A DNA stretch of 64,000 nt from Octopus sinensis (taxonomy: Eukaryota). The stretch covers positions 71,362,001-71,426,000 of the forward strand of contig NC_043009.1 in assembly GCF_006345805.1 (NCBI RefSeq), given 5' to 3'. Both the position numbers and the translations under genes were made by a program. Numbering within the stretch: position 1 is the first letter of the stretch; each line of letters starts with the position of its first letter. Below, in pieces: positions 25,790-39,550 of this stretch. A model generated the notes under the pieces. It saw only the letters and a list, made by a program, of their open reading frames with translations. It did not search any database and had not been told where the DNA came from.

Positions 25790-27175
25790 TGATGAAAGAA
25801 GATGAAAAGGTGCATAAAGCGATAATTAGATATGTTCCTAGAAGGGGACAATATTTACAAAAGAAATTTGATAACGAATGAGTGAAGGTAGAATTAGGAA
25901 GCTAGAGATTTGCTTATCTAAATTTTTCTCTATAAAATAAAAGGAAACATCCAACAGTGTAGCAATCATTGTGGGGATATCAATCATGCCGTTCACGGGG
26001 AAAATCCTAGCACGGATCGTGCTCAATCGGAACATACATCTGGAGTTTGGGCGACTTCCGAGAGTCAGTGTGGTTTCCGAAAATCTCTTGGGTCCATGGA
26101 CATGATCTTTGCTGCAATACTGCTTCAGGAAAAATGTCAGGAACACAATTAAGACCTCTTCACTGCATTCATCAACCTGAACAAGGCTTTTGATATTGTA
26201 GGCAGACAAGGCTCTGGAAAATAATGAAATAATTTGCTTGCTCGAACAACTTCATTAACATGATATAACAGTTTCATGATGGCATGCAAGCTTGTGCCTT
26301 GAATGGTGGGGAATTTTGGACACCTTTTTTCAGTAACCAATGGTATGAAGCAGCCACACTCTTCGGCTTTATGTTGGCGCAATGCTTCACAATGCGTTCT
26401 TCCATGAAACATCTGGCATCCAGATCAGATAAAGATATAAAGGAAGTCATTTTAACATCCTGAAAATCAGAATCACTCCCGCACAAGGGAGCTCCATTGT
26501 GCAGATGGTTGTGCTCTGAATACAAACTCTGAAACAGATCACCGACGTAGCTTAGACAATTTTGATAAAGCTTGTGAGAACATCGGTTTCACAATCAGTA
26601 TCAAACAGACCGAAACCATGTACCATTCCGCTCCCGGAAAATCTGACGTTGAACCATTCAGATATCCAACAATCGACCTCTCCAAGCAGTAAAAAGATCC
26701 ACTTACCTTAGATGTAGCCGGCAAAGGAGTCTCCACATTGATAATGAAGTGACACAAGGATAGAAGAGGCCAGCTCTGTCTTTGGACGTTTTCATCAAAA
26801 GGTTTGGAAAAGATCTTGTCTGGATATAAAAACAGAATTTGGCTCAAACAAAGCTTGTATGATGACTACCATACTTTGTCGTTGTGAAATCTGGACAGTT
26901 TGCCAAAAACATGCGAAAAGAATTAGCTACTTCCATCGAACGTGCCTGCAAAAAATTCTTAACATCAGGTGGCAGGATTAAAATCCCAATACAGCTGTGT
27001 TCGAGAGATTTAATATGTCAAGCATGTATGCTTTCCTAAGCAAATTCCAGCTGTGGCGGAATGTGCTTGCAGTGCGCATGCTCGACTCCAAACTTCTCAA
27101 ACAGAACTTCGGCGGTAAACTTGCATTTGGCTCCCAGTCACGTGGTGGACCAAAGAAGAGATACAAAGACACTCA
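25790..27175 (+). mobile_element. Degraded RTE-clade (BovB-like) LINE, RT region
   Basis: GKILARIVLNR, LPESQCGFRK..SMDMIFAA..LQEKCQEHN, FINLNKAFDIV, GFTISIKQTE and GGPKKRYKDT motifs with stops and frameshifts. Confidence 0.85.
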
Positions 27176-27413
27176 AGACGTGAGGGCTGTACAGAAAGAA
27201 AGACTTCCATTTAGTCGCCATTCAGCAACTACTGTTCGTTAACAGCGTTCAGCTAAAGTTGACGCTGTTTATACTTTGCTGTCGTTTTCTTTTCATCCAT
27301 GAAACACAACTTGAGGCATTTAACAAACAAACTGACTCAAACTGTGGATCTTTTCTAAGTGGAAACCATCCCGCTGAAGTGCACGATATCTTAAAGACTA
27401 GCTTTGTTGCCAC

Positions 27414-27506
<93 letters not shown>

Positions 27507-28202
27507 CGTCAAGCTTTCTTCTATTTAGGAGTTGCAAACTAATCCTGAATACTGGAAATGAATGCTTCACCAGCGAAGAAACTTCTGCAAAAGTTACAGT
27601 TCAAGCTGTTGCTAAATGTATAACCTTTGTCACCACCGATTTTATGCCAAAAGAGTAAAGCTGGTGACTTGGCCATCTTCAGAGACATGAAAGGTCAGCC
27701 AAATAGTATGTAATATGTATTTATATTTATGTAGGTATATAAAGCTATAAAAACAATTAGCTCTATGTAAAGAAGTATAAAAGCTAATGCTCTCTCTCTC
27801 TCTCTCTCTCTCTCTTTCACACACACACACACACGAACACACACACACACACGCACACACACACGCACACACACACTGGACTTTACTGAAATTTGTTAGG
27901 AGATTGACATTAGTTCGGATCAATGAATAAATATCTAACAAGTAAATCATTATTTTCTTTTGTGGCCAATGGATTTAGGGTGGTTACTACAAATGGATAG
28001 GTATATGAAAAGCAACAACTTCCCACAACTAATAACATGTTATAATAAACACAATTTTTCAGCCAAAATATGGACCAGCCTCCATAGAACGATTCCACCC
28101 CAAAGCCATATCATTTCGCGGACTAATCAACTCGGCCACCATACTCACTCCAAACCGAACAAGCATTCATCTGGCAACCAACAAATTCAAAATCTGGTTT
28201 AT

Positions 28203-28210
<8 letters not shown>

Positions 28211-28257
<47 letters not shown>

Positions 28258-29320
28258 CTGTGTGTGTGAGTGTGTGTGTGTGTTTGTATGTGTGTGCGCG
28301 CGCTATGGCAGAATCTTTAACACGCCGGGCATAATCTTAGCGGTATTTCGTCCGTCTTTTCGTTTTGAGTTGAGATTCTGCAGAGATCGACTTTGCTTTC
28401 ATCGTTTCGAAGTCAATAAAATCAAGTACTAGTAGAGCACTGGGGGTCGATGTAATCGCCTTAGCCCCTTCCCTCAAAATTTCAGGTTTTGTGCCCCTTA
28501 TAGAAAGGATAAAATAAACATATCAACCCGCTGCATCCAACGATTAGTTACGTCTGGTAAGCTTCGCACAACGAATGTTTATGTGCTTCACAACAACTCT
28601 TACACTACGTTTTACATACACACACACACATGTATGTATGTGTGTGTATGTATGTGTGTATGTGTGTGTGTGTTGTGTGTGTGTGTGTGTGTGTTGTGTG
28701 TGTGTGTGGTGTGTATTTATGCATGCGTGTGTGTTTCAGCAAAGAAGCCTGTGAAATAAGTTCCACTCTTTAAAAAATAAACAAGAACTGGGGTCGACCC
28801 ATTCGATTAAAAGTTCCTCAGATGGTGCTCCAGCATGGCCGCAGTCTAATGACTGAAACAGGTAAAGCATAAAAGGTGTGTGTGTGTGTGTGTGTGGTGT
28901 GTGTGTGTGTGTGTGTGAGTGTGTGTGTGTGGTGTGTGTGTGTTTGTATGTGTGTGCGCGCACTATGGCAGAATCTTTAACACGCCGGGCATAATCTTAG
29001 CGGTATTTCGTCCGTCTTTTCGTTTTGAGTTGAGATTCTGCAGAGATCGACTTTGCTTTCATCGTTTCGAAGTCAATAAAATCAAGTACTAGTAGAGCAC
29101 TGGGGGTCGATGTAATCGCCTTAGCCCCTTCCCTCAAAATTTCAGGTTTTGTGCCCCTTATAGAAAGGATAAAATAAACATATCAACCCGCTGCATCCAA
29201 CGATTAGTTACGTCTGGTAAGCTTCGCACAACGAATGTTTATGTGCTTCACAACAACTCTTACATTACGTTTTACATACACACACACACATGTATGTATG
29301 TGTGTGTATGTATGTGTGTA

Positions 29321-29361
<41 letters not shown>

Positions 29362-29521
29362 ATTTATGCATGCGTGTGTGTTTCAGCAAAAGAAGCCTGT
29401 GAAATAAGTTCCACTCTTTAAAAAATAAACAAGAACTGGGGTCGACCCATTCGATTAAAAGTTCCTCAGATGGTGCTCCAGCATGGCCGCAGTCTAATGA
29501 CTGAAACAGGTAAAGCATAAA

Positions 29522-29561
<40 letters not shown>
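28211..29561. repeat. Near-identical 660-bp tandem duplication bounded by (GT)n, containing two SINE fragments per unit
   Basis: 28321 onward is repeated at 28981 onward (offset 660); the differences seen are mostly in GT tract lengths. Confidence 0.92.
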
Positions 29562-29566
<5 letters not shown>

Positions 29567-29569
29567 GTA

Positions 29570-30510
29570 CTTCGGGATATATTTGGTAATTCAGTAAAAC
29601 AGTTCTAATGAAGCAAAAACCAAGTGTATCTTAATAAAAAATTGAGTTTTCAATAAGCTCTCTCGTGAGATTATTCTTCGAGTCGCCTTCCATTTTGATA
29701 AATGCTTCAATTCCAAGAATGGAATCGATGACCCGTCTTCAATAAATTGTCCTCCTTCATTTCAGGCATCATCTGGCCAATGGCATCGCTCAGTGAAGCG
29801 ATTACATTGTGAGAATGTCGATTCACTTTTAACAATGCTCAAAGGGAAATCGTGCATAAGATTTAAATCTGGTGAGTGTGGAAGCCATCCATCTGTTGTT
29901 TCATGATTACAATGATCGTATGAAGTCCATTCTTGGGTCACGTGGGCTTTGTGAGAAGGTGCTGGATCTTGTTGAAAGACATATGGCTATCACATTTGCT
30001 GCGTGTTTCATCTATCTAGGGCCAAACAACTGTCTCCAGCACCTCAACCTATCAGCAGCATTAATGCTAAAGACCTGCGAGCAGATATGATATGTCCTTC
30101 GTTACCCACCATTCCTGAAAGCATCACAGTTGCTAGAAACTTTGTATGAATCGCTTTGCGGGCATCAGAATGATCTGCACATAACTATTTGCAATTTCCC
30201 CCGAAGACTTTGGCCTTGGTCGAAGTTTTTCTCATCAGAGAAAAATCAGAGCAGTCGTGTTCATAAAGACGTTTAAATTTGTTAAGTAACCAACAGTGGT
30301 GCCCCAATATGGCCGTAGCTTTGAAGCTGAAACAATTTAAAGATTTTAAGATTCTAAACGGTTTCTTTGTATCTTTGCACACATGATTTGGCTTCTTAAT
30401 ACATACGACTCGTACCGAATCTCTTCACACACCGGCGGCACTTGAAGTTTTCCGGTGGCAACCATCTTTGATTTTCTGGGTTCATCGTCGATAATGTTTT
30501 GAACTTCGAT
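29570..30510 (-). pseudogene. Degenerate maT (DD37D/Bmmar1-like) transposase
   Basis: Minus-strand motifs IRYESYVL, FSDEKNFDQ, HTKFLATVMLSGMVGNEGH, VFQQDPAPSHKAHVTQEW and WLPHSPDLN; a SINE tail is inserted at ~30290-30340. Confidence 0.75.
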
Positions 30511-31384
30511 GTCGCAATATATATATGGGTGTGTTTCTATGTATGTGCGTATGTGTGTGGTTGAATATGCTGTTAGGCGAAACTTGAACTGCTAGTCAAC
30601 ACGAGCCTGACAACAAATTCGACAATACTCACAGAATTCACTTGTTCCATCCATAAATGTTCGGCTATTCTTAAATTAGCTTTGAATAAAGCTCAGTTTA
30701 AAATTCAAATGTGTGTATGGGTGTTTATACGCTCATAAAGACACACATTTGTGCGTGTATACTCGTATACATACATACGTACATACATACATGCATACAT
30801 GCATACATGCATACATACATACATACATGCATACATACATAAATACATACATAAATACATACATACATACATACATGAATAGATACATACGTACGTACGT
30901 ACATACATACATACATGCATACATACATTCATTCATACATTCATTCATACATACATGCATACATACATACATGCATACATACATGCATACATACATATAT
31001 ACATACATACATACAAGCATAAATACATACATACATACATGCATACATACATACATGCATACATGCATACATGCATACATGCATGCATACATACATACAT
31101 GCATATATACATACATGCATACATGCATACATGCATGCATACATACATACATGCATACATACATACATGCATACATGCATACATGCATGCATACATACAT
31201 ACATGCATATATACATACATTCTCGATTAGAATCCAGTGACTGCCATATGAATATGGTAAAAGATAGGGGACAGAGCGACACGCAGCTGGGGATCGAGCT
31301 CTGAACGTTATGTCGCCAAAGCGAAGTCCTTGACCAATCAGCCAAGCCTGCATCCCGTATATCTGTATACATGTTGTAGTATAG

Positions 31385-31925
31385 AAAAGAATGTATCTGG
31401 TGGACGCGTCTGAAAGGATTAGAGACAAACACTTTCCTCTCTGGTCAATCTCTCATCAACTTTTTCAAGTATCACTTGAAAAGGAAAGTGAGAGTAGAGA
31501 GGCAAGTTTTGTCTAGCAAATGTTTTAAAAAAGGATGGGTGAATGTAGCAAGGATGGCACGTATGAATGACGAAGCCACCTTGAGCATAATCCTATGAAC
31601 CCGGAAAGTTTAAAACAGAGGGTTACCTACTTGCAAACAAATGTGGTAACATGTAACAATATTGACCGAGGTTACCGTGGTCTTTTTCGTAGGCTTTTCT
31701 TCCCACTGATAAACCTTATCTGCTTCCCCTTTTGCACCTTACATCATGACACTGTGATACACGATCTCTACTGATCGTTTTTTTCTTTCTTTCCCTTTTT
31801 TTTCTTCTTTCCCTTTTACGATCCCTTTTGATCGAAAACCTACGCCACTGTTTTTTTTCTCTCTCCCCAAAAAAGAAAAGCTCTACTTTGTAATCTATCC
31901 CGTCTGTGTGACTAATAAAGAAACA
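31385..31925 (+). mobile_element. Tx1/L1-clade LINE 3' end
   Basis: WWTRLKGLETNTFLSGQSLINFFKYHLKRKVRVER..WVNVARMA, then a pyrimidine-rich 3' UTR ending TAATAAAGAAA; homologous to 60345-60600 minus. Confidence 0.7.
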
Positions 31926-31956
31926 TATCTACATGTTGTAGTAGTAGTAGTAGTAA

Positions 31957-32016
<60 letters not shown>

Positions 32017-32807
32017 CAGCAGCAGCAGCAGCAGCAGGAAGAGAGAAAGTGAGAAAAAGAGAGGGACAGAAGGTGAGAGAGAAAGAGAGAAAGACTGACA
32101 GAAAGGTCTTGAGAGAACAGAAGTAAGAGAGAAAAGGAGATATTACTGAGAGAGGGAGAGAGGGAGAGACAGTGGCATAGTTATATAAGGTAGTCAAGTA
32201 GGAAGACGAACAGAGAGCGAGGGAGTGAGGGAGAGGGAGAGGGAAAGAAGCTAAGCAAAAGTGAAACCAAAAGAAAGAATGCAAGAGAAATAAAAAATAT
32301 GTGGACATTGATCGAGAAAAGAAGGGAATCCCAGAAAAGGGTAAAGGAGGGAGGGCGGGGGAGGCTAATTGAGGAGAATTGAAGAGAAGAGAAAGAAATG
32401 GTTTAAGTTCCATTTATCTGTTGAAAGTGAAGAGGCGATGAGGAAAAAAAAGCGAGAAAAGAAATGCCAAGTCGACAAATCTGTTGCAAAGAATTTGATT
32501 TGAAATCAGAAGTTCTGTTAGTGACATGGATGATGCCTGAAGAATTGGATATTTATATATGGAAATGTTGTCGATAGTTGGATTGCAGCTTGCTTTGTAG
32601 AGAACTGGTGACCAGTAGAAGAGGAGGAAAGCATTGATTGGGAGTAGGGAGTAGGATTGGGCCGTGGTGGGATGTGATGTGTGTGTTGTGTGTTGCGATG
32701 CTGTACGAGTGTTTGTCCCGACTTAATTGTTTTCCTTTTGATGTTTTCTGTGGCAGTCGGTGGCCAACGTCATTTCAAGGCTTGTTTGACAACGCTGTCA
32801 GAGAGAC

Positions 32808-32843
<36 letters not shown>

Positions 32844-32934
32844 GAGAGAGGGAGGGAGAGAAACAGAGACAGGGACAGAGAGGCAGAGATACAGAAAGAG
32901 AATGTGTGTGTGTTTGTGTTTGTGTGTGTGTGAA

Positions 32935-33215
32935 AGCGCTTGGTTCAGTGGTTACGGAATTCGGTTCACGGTTGTGAGTTCGATTCCCAGCAGGATACTT
33001 TACTCCATGTCGCTCCAGTCCACTCAGCTGGCAAAAACGAGTTGTAATTCAAAGGGCCAGTCTTGTGGCATTCAGTGTTACGCTGAACCTCCTTGAAAAC
33101 TGCATTAACGATGCGCATGTCTGCGGAGTGCTGAGTCACTTGCATGTTAATTTCCCGCGCAGGCTGTTCCGTTGATCGGATCAACTGGAACACTCGTCGT
33201 CGTAGTCGACGGAGG
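32935..33215 (+). mobile_element. tRNA-derived SINE (second family)
   Basis: A-box-like TGGTTCAGTGG, B-box GAGTTCGATTCC, then CTCCAGTCCACTCAGCTG... Confidence 0.65.
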
Positions 33216-33394
33216 AACAGTTTTAAAGGAATATTTATGTGTTTGTGCTTGTGTTTACGCGTATATGAGTGTAGACATATATATATACCTATACACACGC
33301 ACACATGTATATGTGTATGTGCGTATATATATGCTCGTACACATACACACATAAACACGTATATGTGTATACATGTTTATGCTTGAACTGTATG

Positions 33395-33449
<55 letters not shown>

Positions 33450-33689
33450 AGCCTTGTCACAGTAACCAGCATTTTTCTGAAGGTATTTACAGTAATGAGA
33501 GCAAGTACTGCTGTTAAGACTGTTGCTCCGTAATGAGGAATCGTGTGGGGGTTAGGAAACTGATTTCTAGCTAAGAAACAGACAAAATTATCCTGGCAGC
33601 TGTAACTTATTTTACTGTTATGTTTGTTAAAAGAAAAAATTGGTGGCACCTTTGGCTAATAGGCAAGTGGTTGTTGATTTAACTGCTAG

Positions 33690-34070
33690 AGTTTACACTC
33701 AAACTGAACAGGTTGCTAGCTTTGCAAACATGTAGTTTTGAGTTCAGTCTATCTGCGCAGCACCTTGGGAAAGTGTCTTTCACTTTAGACTCAGATCTAC
33801 CAATGTCTTGTCAGTGAATTTCGTAGACAGAAATTATGTGGAAGGCCATTGTACGTATGTGTGTTTGTCTTTGTCTTTGTTCCCCTACAATCGCTTGACA
33901 AACAGTATGGTTTGTTTGTGTTCTTGTAATTTAGCAGTTCGTCAATACCTATCGATAGAATCAGTACTAGACTTTCAAAATAAGTTCTGGGGTCGATTTC
34001 TTCGACTAAATCCTTCAAGGCTGTGCCCCAGTATGACCGCAATCCAATAACTGAAACAAGTGGAGATAAA
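33690..34070 (+). mobile_element. Degenerate CORE-type SINE with ...CTGAAACAAGT tail
   Basis: CACCTTGGGAAAGTGTCTT core and tail shared with minus-strand fragments at 34420-34570 and 40860-41140. Confidence 0.6.
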
Positions 34071-36183
34071 AACAAAGTACACAACTTTCTATTTCCTGGT
34101 ATTTCTAGCTTTAGAAGAGATATGTAGTGGTGGTGGTGGTGGTGGTGGTGGTGGTGGTGGTGGTGGTGGTGGTGAAGTGTATTCGATCCTATCGTTGGAG
34201 CTGCTTTCGCTCCGAGCTTCATTAACAACTACTTCAGCATGGTTAAAGGTTCTTTAATCACAGGATACTTCGAAAATCTTTTTGCTAATGTTTCTAGATA
34301 AGTTTATCAGAATATGCGGGTGGTTAGAATGTGTGAGAAGATAAAATATAATTGCACATGATTTTCTATAAGTGCAGCAAGTGCCATTTTTTCAGATTCA
34401 GAATATTTTAAAAGCAGACTCTTTTACTCTTTTACTCTTTTACTTGTTTCAGTCACTTGACTGCGGCCTTGCAGGAGCACCGCCTTTAGTCGAGCAAATC
34501 GACCCCAGGACTTATTCTTTGTAAGCCTAGTACTTATTCTAACGTTGTCGTTTGCCGAACCGCTAAGTTACAACAATTTTAACGGCAATTTTAAGATAAA
34601 AAATACAAACAGTATTAATTAAAACTTTTCTAAGTCGATCCAGTTGGTAACCATTTTTATCGCGGTTTAAATTCAAACAGCAGGTTGTCTAAAATATAAG
34701 ATGGTAGATTTTATCTCCATCAAAAAAGTCTGCCAGAGCGTCGGAATTTTCTGTACTATTACGATTTAACACGAAAGTTATTATAAGACGGGAGAGATTC
34801 TTTTTGGCATGCATAGATCTATGCCCAGATCTGTGACAGCAGTGTTTATGCGGCCAAGTTGTAAAAGCTTTATTGAAAACATCTCGATGAGGAAAACGTA
34901 AAACTCAATTATGTCAAATTGTGAATTTTAGTGATGCTTTCTCGTGTTTGCGTTCCTAGAAAATATGTAATTTTATTAGTATTGACATAATGTTTATTTG
35001 GACGATAATATATGAGTATGTTAGAGGTCTTCGAGCTGGCAGAATCGAAAGCACGCCGAACAAAAATGCTTCGTCGCTTCTCGTCCGGCATTACGTTCTG
35101 AGTTCAAATTCCGTCGTGATCGATTTTGCCTTTCATCCTTTCAAGATCGATAAAATTTTTCGTAAACTGCTGGCTTTGTGCAAAAATTGGAAACCAATAT
35201 GTATGTTCTTATGCGTAAGTATGCGCTCACATAAACCTTAAGAAATAAATAAGCATATCTCTAAAGTAAATGAATGTGTGCGCGCGCATGTATGTAATGT
35301 ATATTTGTATGGATGAATGAATGTGTAGCTGTGTGTGTGTTCATTTTTGTATGAATATTATTTTAACTTAAAATTACTCTCTACTTGACAAACAGAGTAA
35401 ATGAAATTCATAAGTTTTACGTGATTTCTCCAATACAAACTTTTCATCGAATATTCACTCTCTAAAAGAAACGAATTCTCAGCTTTGAAATCGGTTTGTA
35501 AGTGTTGTGCACAAAACTGTTAACCCTTCGGTCGCTTTTGTGATTTTCTACTGATTAAAGTGTGTGTGTGTGGTGTGTGTGTGTGCGTGTGTGTGTGTGA
35601 GTGTATGTAAGTAAGTAGTATGTATGTATGTATGTATGTATGTATGTATGTATGTATGTATGTATGTATGTATGTATGTGTGTGTATATGTATGCATCTT
35701 TATGCCTGTGTCCTAATAATACAGAAACTACAAAACGAATGCGCACAAAATTCCATACAATATTCTCCGTGGGGCCGAGCTCTTCAAATCTCTTTCCTTC
35801 CACCCCGTGGGCTCTATGCGCTGCTTAAACACACGCCAAGTACGGAAATACCTCCAGCTACTTCTGACAAACCTGGTCCCAGGCCCTCACAGTGTCCTTT
35901 CCATTACACTTAAACTATGCATTCCAGAAATCTCTAATCGTTCACTCTCAACAACATTTGGAAGCAAACTCCAGTCTGTGCCGTTCTACAGAATGATAAT
36001 TCCGACGACTCACAGCATACCATCCAACCATTCTCCTCACTTCTGACATCTCCTAAATTACGCTAAATCACACCCTCTCTCTCTCTCTCCCTCTCTCTCC
36101 CTCTCTCTCCCTCTCTCTCTCTCTCTCGTCTCTCTCTCTCTCTTCCTCTCCCTCTTTCTCTCTCTCTCTCTCTCCTCTCCCCG

Positions 36184-36229
<46 letters not shown>

Positions 36230-36777
36230 CGTCTCTCTCCGTCTCTCTCTCTCTCTCTCACCCCTGAGACCACCACTACCATTTCAGCCGGGTCAGATCC
36301 AATGGTGAGCTTCTCTTTCATGTCAATCAGCAACGAACTCCGGCTTCGGACAAACTTCAGTGAAAGCAATGTCGTTCGTTTACAAATCTTTTTCTCAAAA
36401 CATCTTGCACTAATTACGGCAGTGTCTCGTACCAACTAATTGCGGGTGTCTATTTACAGCTCTGTAGACTGAGCCATCAACAGTTAAGTTTTGTAAGACG
36501 TGGACACACAGACAGAGGAGATACGGGTGAAATTACTCTCGTCAGTTTAACTGTGGTGCGGCTGCTGACAAACGGCATGTCGCAAACCAAAAGCGGGTGC
36601 CTCTCCACGAGTATAATATCACATCTACAAAGTGGTGTTCAGAACCATCGACAATTATATGTTGTTGCTGTTGTTGTTGTCGTTGTTGTTGTTTAACCTA
36701 GTCAAACTCCTTTGATAAAAACCGTTCCAATAATGGCAATCCCTTCATGCTCACAGGGTGGAGAAGTCTATTACAAC

Positions 36778-37463
36778 CAGTGGCGGCTCATGTATAGGAA
36801 CTGCCGAACTGCAGCACCCCCGATTTCCCCTCGATATTATTGATAACATTCAATATAATGAGTCCTTTTTTTTCTTTAATTCTTTCTTTATGATTGATCT
36901 TAATATCAATAGCCATCACCTAGTTTATGAGAAAACTGCAAAAACCCTTGTATAGAACTGTGCGCTTCACAGTTCCAGCGATGCGGTGTTTGGCAGGTGT
37001 GCGCATGCTCACATGTCCGAGATAGGAAGCTTCACACTAAGGAGAGAGGGTGCACTGCGTGAATGACAGTGCCAGGTAAAAGGTAGAGTTTCTTTTTGAC
37101 TCTGCATGTCTTGTGCTTAAAATCATGTTTATATTCTTGAATGTGATACAGTGTAGAATTAGATTATTATCCTGCTTCCAGCTTCAGTGTTGCTGCCAGG
37201 ATTTCAAAAACGACACATTTTCACTACCACCCCCATCTTATTTTGTGATTTCGGGGGGATTTTTGAAAAATAAGGGGGAATTCACGGCGATATTCAGTGA
37301 ACAAATTTAACACACTTCCCGGCAGTGGCTAAAACACGAATCGATCAAGTTTATGTATAAATATTCTTTTTATATGTTTCTTTCCTTTTACACAATTTTA
37401 TGACAACGGCTAAAAATTTTCTGAAGCAGCACCCCAACTAATTTTATCTATGAGCCGCCACTG
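36778..37463. mobile_element. Intact hAT-superfamily MITE (686 bp)
   Basis: 14-bp TIR CAGTGGCGGCTCAT / ATGAGCCGCCACTG; perfect 8-bp TSD ATTACAAC at 36770-36777 and 37464-37471; subterminal GCAGCACCCC near both ends. Confidence 0.95.
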
Positions 37464-37903
37464 ATTACAACATTGTCCAATGTTTTCTTTCCATTCCCAG
37501 GAGTTAACGTGTGATTTGAGGAAGATTTATCTGCTATATCTAACAAGTCAACTGATCGTGTAGAACCCTCACTCGTTGGCTTGACTTGCGATATGAGTGA
37601 AGGACATATAACACTGTTAGTGACCCTACACACCCAGCAACTCCATATTTCACACATTGTCTGCTTAAAAACAAAATAATGAAAAGAACAAGATTATGAA
37701 AACTGTACGAAACATAGATTAAATGAAAACAGTATCAATGTCTCGTGTTTGCCAAGAAGCCATGTCTTTATCGACGAGTGATTTACACAAAGAATCTTCT
37801 GTAAGCGCGTATCCGTATGCTCAGACAAAGCCATACGCATGCATACATATCATATAAATATAAATGTAAATATACACACATACATGTATACATATATATA
37901 TAT

Positions 37904-37983
<80 letters not shown>

Positions 37984-38212
37984 ATATATATATATTTATC
38001 TTTATATATATACATGTGTGTGTCAGTGTTTTTAATTGTCGAATAAACAGTTGCCAGTTTGACAAACGGAGTGATATATTACTGTCGTCATAGAAAATTG
38101 CGTATGAAATGTGATATCAACTGCAATAGGTTTTGGTGACAATGATACAAGGTGAGTTATTGTTTCGACTTCATCATTTTCTTCTTTCCGCTTGGCAAGT
38201 TCAATGCAGGAT

Positions 38213-38925
38213 GCGAGGTCCATTCCAGAAGTTTTGAGACTTTCTTTTTTAGGCGTTGGCTGTTATAAAACAGTCCTAAATTATTGTAATTTTTTATTTC
38301 ATCTTTACCGTACATGTAGTAAGCTGACCTGCAAACTTTTATTATTCCAGATTGGACACACATTACTAAACACTGCTTTGTCGCAGCTGACTACTTTGCA
38401 GAATGCAGTCAGGATGTAAAGGTAATCTGGAAAGCCGCTACGCAATAAAATGTTGTGTTAAAGGGGCCAGGCAGAGACACAAGAGAGACTTATGAAATAC
38501 TCAAGACTGCTGATGGATGAACTTGTTTGAGAAGAGCATCAGTTTTTCGTTGGCACAAGAACGGTAGAGGGGGGTGAGAGACGATGAGACGTGTGGGGGA
38601 AGAACGTCAAAACATCAAAATTGGTTGACACAATTCGCAATTTTCCGGATGAAGACAGTCGTGTGTCTACAAAGACAATAAGCAAACCATTTGGAGGGGC
38701 GCATACACAGTGTACAGTAGCAACTGTACATAGAATTATTCTTGAAGATCTGAACACGCGCAAAAGTTGTACAAGATTTGTTCCCGACGTGCTCAATAAC
38801 GAACAGAAGGAAAGATGCGTCGGTGGCAGCGGCGAGATAGTCCAGTCCAAGAATACTTGAATCTCTTGTGACGCGCCACATAAGCTGGATCTACATTTAT
38901 GATCCAGAGACCAAGAAACAAAGTG
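38213..38925 (+). pseudogene. Mariner transposase 5' half, degraded
   Basis: TIR-like CGAGGTCCATTCCAGAAGTTTTGAGACT; RYAIKCCV, ETYEILKTA, RASVFRWHK, VATVHRIILEDLNTRKSCTRFVP and WIYIYDPETKKQS. Confidence 0.8.
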
Positions 38926-39550
38926 CCCGATGAAGGCACCTTTCGGAATCGCAAATACAGAAATAGTTCAATACAGATGTTGATTTCCTCATCTTTCTCC
39001 TTCTCTTTCACACACACACACACGCACACACACACACACATACACACACACACACACATACACACACACACATACACACACGCACACATCCTCTCTCCCT
39101 CTCTCATTCACACTCTCTCTCTCTCTCTTCCAATACTCCTCCCTCTCTCAAAGAAACAAATCGATTGTGTTTAGACCAGGAAACCGATTGGTTCCACCAA
39201 ATTTAGATGACCAAGAAACACCATATTTTAAAACGATGCTCCAACGTCAGAATTTGAGAGGTCGTTGCCACGCAATGCAAGACTTTTGTATTCTAAAACT
39301 GTTGCTCAAATGACTGTGAGTGACATACACAACGAAATGTCAGTGTATCCATCTCACCAAACACAGAATATTGAATGTAGTGGAACATGAGAAGAGCAGC
39401 GGAGACCGTCGGTGAATGATCTTGTAAATATTAGAAATGCCGGAGGTCAAAACGGTGATTATTGATTATAATTCATTATTATTTTGAAATATTGAATGTT
39501 TTCTCACATTTCTTATATCAGAGGTCTCGTTATTATTCAGAGACGCATAA

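Noticed and set aside
35740-36050. Possible CR1/L2 3' remnant on the minus strand
   Set aside because: Only a vague motif resemblance; cannot be supported without a profile search.
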